Assembly: GCF_009914755.1 (NCBI RefSeq)
Contig: NC_060932.1
DNA: 64,000 nt
Source of the DNA: the human T2T-CHM13v2.0 reference genome, Homo sapiens
Direction: 5' to 3' (one strand)
Under the pieces are notes generated by a model. It saw nothing but the letters and a program-made list of their open reading frames with translations, made no database searches and was not told the DNA's origin. Of this stretch, positions 57,602-64,000 are shown piece by piece (within the stretch, counting starts at the first letter, position 1; every line of letters starts with the position of its first letter). Both the position numbers and the translations under genes were made by a program.

Positions 57602-60600
57602 GGGTGAGGCCAAGATCGCAGACTAGAAACAGTGGTGATCAGAGGCTTCCATCAAAAAGAACCATAATAAGCATGTAAATCCTTCACTGGCAACCAAGGT
57701 ATCCAGATTGTCTTATCAGAACTGACTAGGAGGCTGGCATGATCTGTGGAGAGGAAGGAAGGGCAGTGCAGCACAGCGGCCCACCTAAGAGCCACACAGG
57801 GCAGGGGAATCTCCACCCCCCAGCCAAGGGAGGTGGTGAGTGAGTGTGCTACCTGGCCAGGTAAACCGTGCTTTTTCCATGGAACTGTGCAACCCATGAA
57901 TCGAAAGATCACACTCGTGTACCCACGCCACTGGCGCCTAGTGTCTCACCCCAGAGCTGCGCATATTCTCAACAGTCTAGCAGCTGGAATCTGCTTAGCC
58001 TACCGAGCTCCCGGGGGGAGGGGTGACCAGCACCACAGCTGTGGCTGCCTGCTGTCTAAGCCATTTGAGCTCCTTGGGGGAAGGGCAGAAGCCAGCACCG
58101 GGACTCACAACTGCCTAACACGCTAAGCTCCCTGGGTGGGGGAAGGGCGGCATTCATCTCTATAGCTCCAGGCTGTGCTTTTACCCTGCTGAAGCCAGGG
58201 AGACTGGACAACTTGGTCCCAAGACATGTTCCCCCACAGCCCAACACACTGGCTGTGGCAGACTGGCCAGAGTGCCTCTTCAGGCGTGACCCTGACTCAT
58301 CCTTACTGGGTGAGGCTTCCCTGCAGGAACTCCAATAACTCCAGCCAGAGGCTCCCGGACAGAACCTGGATCTCCCTGGGCCTGAGCCCCTAGGGGAAGG
58401 AGTACCTGCAGTCTTTGCAGAACAGCAGATTTAGCCTTTCCTCCTGGTAGTTCTGAGGAGTATAGACAGCCCAGATGAATGTGCTTCCCCCCAGTGAAGC
58501 ACACCCCCTCCACCAAGGGGCAGTGAAAGTGATTCATTAAATGGGTCCTGTTCCCCGTGCCACCAAACTGGGTGAGACCTTCCAACAGGAGTTGTCTGTC
58601 AGACACCCTATACAGGAGCAATCCTACTGGCATCAGGTTGATGCCCCCTGAGGTCAGAGATCCCAGAAAAAAGAGCAGGCACCCATCTTTGCTGTTCTCA
58701 GCCTCCTTGAGTGACATCTCCAGGTGCGGGAGTGAACCAGATGAATGGGGCCTGAAGTGAACCCCCAGCAAACTGCAGCAGCCCTACAGAAGAGGGACCT
58801 GACCATTGAAAGAAAAACAAACAAAAAGTAACAACAATAGCATCGACAACAACAAAGAAGTCCCCACAGAAACCCATTCCAAGGGTCAGCAGCCTCAAAT
58901 CGAAACTACACAAACTCACAAAGTTGAGAAGGAATCAATGAAAAGATGTTGAAAACCCAAAAGGCCAGAGTGTCTCTTCTTCTCCAAATGATTGCAACAT
59001 TTCTCCAGCAAAAGTGCAGAACTGGACGGATAATGAGATGGACAAATAGACAGAAGTAGGCCTGAAAAGACAGTTGATAAAAAACTACGCTGAGCTAAAA
59101 GATCAAGTTCTAACCCAATGCAAAGGAGCTAAGAACCTTGATAAAGATTAAAGGAGCTGCTAACTAGAATATCCAGTTTAGAGAGGAACATAAATGACCT
59201 CATGGAGCTGGAAAACACAGCATGAAAACTTCATGAAGGATACACAAGTATCAATAGCTGAATTGACTGAGCAGAAGAAAGGATATCAGAGTTTGAAGAC
59301 CACCTTGCTGAAATAAGGCATGCAGACAAGACTAGAGAAAAAAAATGAAGAGGAATGAAAAAAGACTCCAAGAAATGAGGGACTTCATAAAAAGACAAAA
59401 CCTACTATTCACTAGAGTACCTGAAGGAGAGGAGGAGAATGGAGACAAGCTGGAAAACACACTTCAGGGTATTATCCAGGAGAATTTCCCCAACCTAGCA
59501 AGACAGGCCAACATGGAAATTTAGGAAATACAGAGAACACCACTAAAATAATCCACAAGCAGATCAACCCCCAGAGACATAATCTTCAGATTCTCAATGT
59601 TGAAATGAAGGAAAAAATGTTAAGGGCAGCCAGAGAGAAAGGTCAGGTCATCTACAAAGGGAAGCCCATCAGACTAATAGCAGACCTCCCAGCAGAAACC
59701 CTACAAGGCAGAAGAGATTGGGGGCCAATACTCAACATTCTTAAAGAAAAGAATTTTCAACCCAGAATTTCATATCCAGCCAGTAAGCTTCATAAGCAAT
59801 GGAGAAATAAAATCCTTTTCAGACAAGCAAATGCTGAGAGATTTCATTACTACCAGGCCTGCCTTGCAAGAGCTCCTGAAAAAAGTGCTAAATATGGAAA
59901 AGAAAAACCAGTACCAGCCACTGCAAAAACACACCAAAATATAAAGGCCAAGACAATATGAAGAAACTGCACCAACAAGTGTGCAAAATAAGCAGCCAGC
60001 ATCATGATGATGGGATCAAATTCACTCATAACAATACTAACATTAAATGTAAATGGGCTAAACGGCCCAATTAAAAGACACAGAGTGGCAAATTGGATAA
60101 AGAGTCAAGGCCCATTGGTGTGCTGAATCCAGGAGGCCCATCTCACATGCAAAGACACACAGGGGCTCAGAATAAAGGGATGGAGGAATATTTACCAAGC
60201 AAATGGAAAGCAAAAAAGGCAGGGCTTGCAATCCTAGTCTCTGACAAAACAGACTTTCAACCAACAAAGATAAAAAAAGACAAAAAACAGCATTACATAA
60301 TGGTAAAGGGAACAATTCAACAAGAAGAGCTAACTATTCTAAATATATATGCACCAAATACAGGAACATCCAGATTCATAAAACAAGTTCTTAGAAACCT
60401 ACAAGGAGACCTAGACTCCCACACAATAATAGTGGGAGAATTTAACACCCCACTGTCAATATTAGACAGATCAACAAGACAGAAAATTAACAAGGATATT
60501 CAGGACTTGAACTCAGCTCTGGATCAAGTGGATCTAATAGACATCTACAGAACTCTCCACCACATTTCAACAGACTATATATTCTTCTCAGTGCTACATG

Positions 60601-60941
60601 GCACTTATTCTAAAATCAACCTCATAATTGGAAGTAAACCACTCCTTAGGAAATGCAAAAAAAACCTCTAAAATCATAAGCAACAGTCTCTTAAACCACA
60701 GCGCAATCAAATTAGAACTCAGCATTAAAAAACTCACTCAAAACCACACAATTATAGGGAAATTGAACAACCTGCTCCTGAATGACTCCTGGGTAAATAA
60801 TGAAATTAAGGCAACAATCAAGAAGTTTTTTGAAACCAATGAGAAGAAAGGGACAATGTACCAGAATCTCTGGGACACAGCTAAAGCACTGGTAAGAGGA
60901 ACAGTTATAGCACTAGATGCCCACATCAGAAAGCTAAAAAA
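57602..60941 (+). mobile_element. Older L1PA (about PA10-PA13) 5' portion: 5'UTR, decayed ORF1, ORF2 endonuclease domain; interrupted by a younger L1
   Basis: Starts GGGTGAGGCCAAGAT; ORF1 peptide KEKMLRAAREKGQV (59605 on); endonuclease peptide LTILNIYAPNTG...IIVGEFNTPLS (60093-60671). Confidence 0.9.

Positions 60942-64000
<3,059 letters not shown>

Overview
Primate (human-like) AT-rich, repeat-dense genomic DNA. Most of it is decayed LINE-1: one full-length L1PA7-like copy, one near-full-length L1PA15/16-like copy, a 5'-truncated L1PA3-like copy, two nested plus-strand L1 5' ends and older L1M copies. It also holds Alu/FLAM, MaLR/MLT2/MER52 solo LTRs, a MER1-type hAT MITE, MIR/L2 remnants and a Y4 RNA retropseudogene. 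No intact host coding gene is recognisable; all long ORFs are L1 ORF1/ORF2 fragments or chance frames in repeats. I see no convincing new biological system. The best signals are mechanistic. (1) An apparent ancient L1 3' transduction carries about 500 bp of foreign DNA inside a 19-bp TSD. (2) The Y4 retrocopy has a tandemly duplicated 5' junction. (3) An Alu-tail stub seals a deletion. (4) Two neighbouring L1s may have undergone gene conversion. (5) An old L1 5'UTR carries a 142-bp monomer array. A few repeat-free islands show enhancer-like motifs and candidate + strand exons. Subfamily calls come from recalled consensus features, not a database search, and old-repeat boundaries are approximate.
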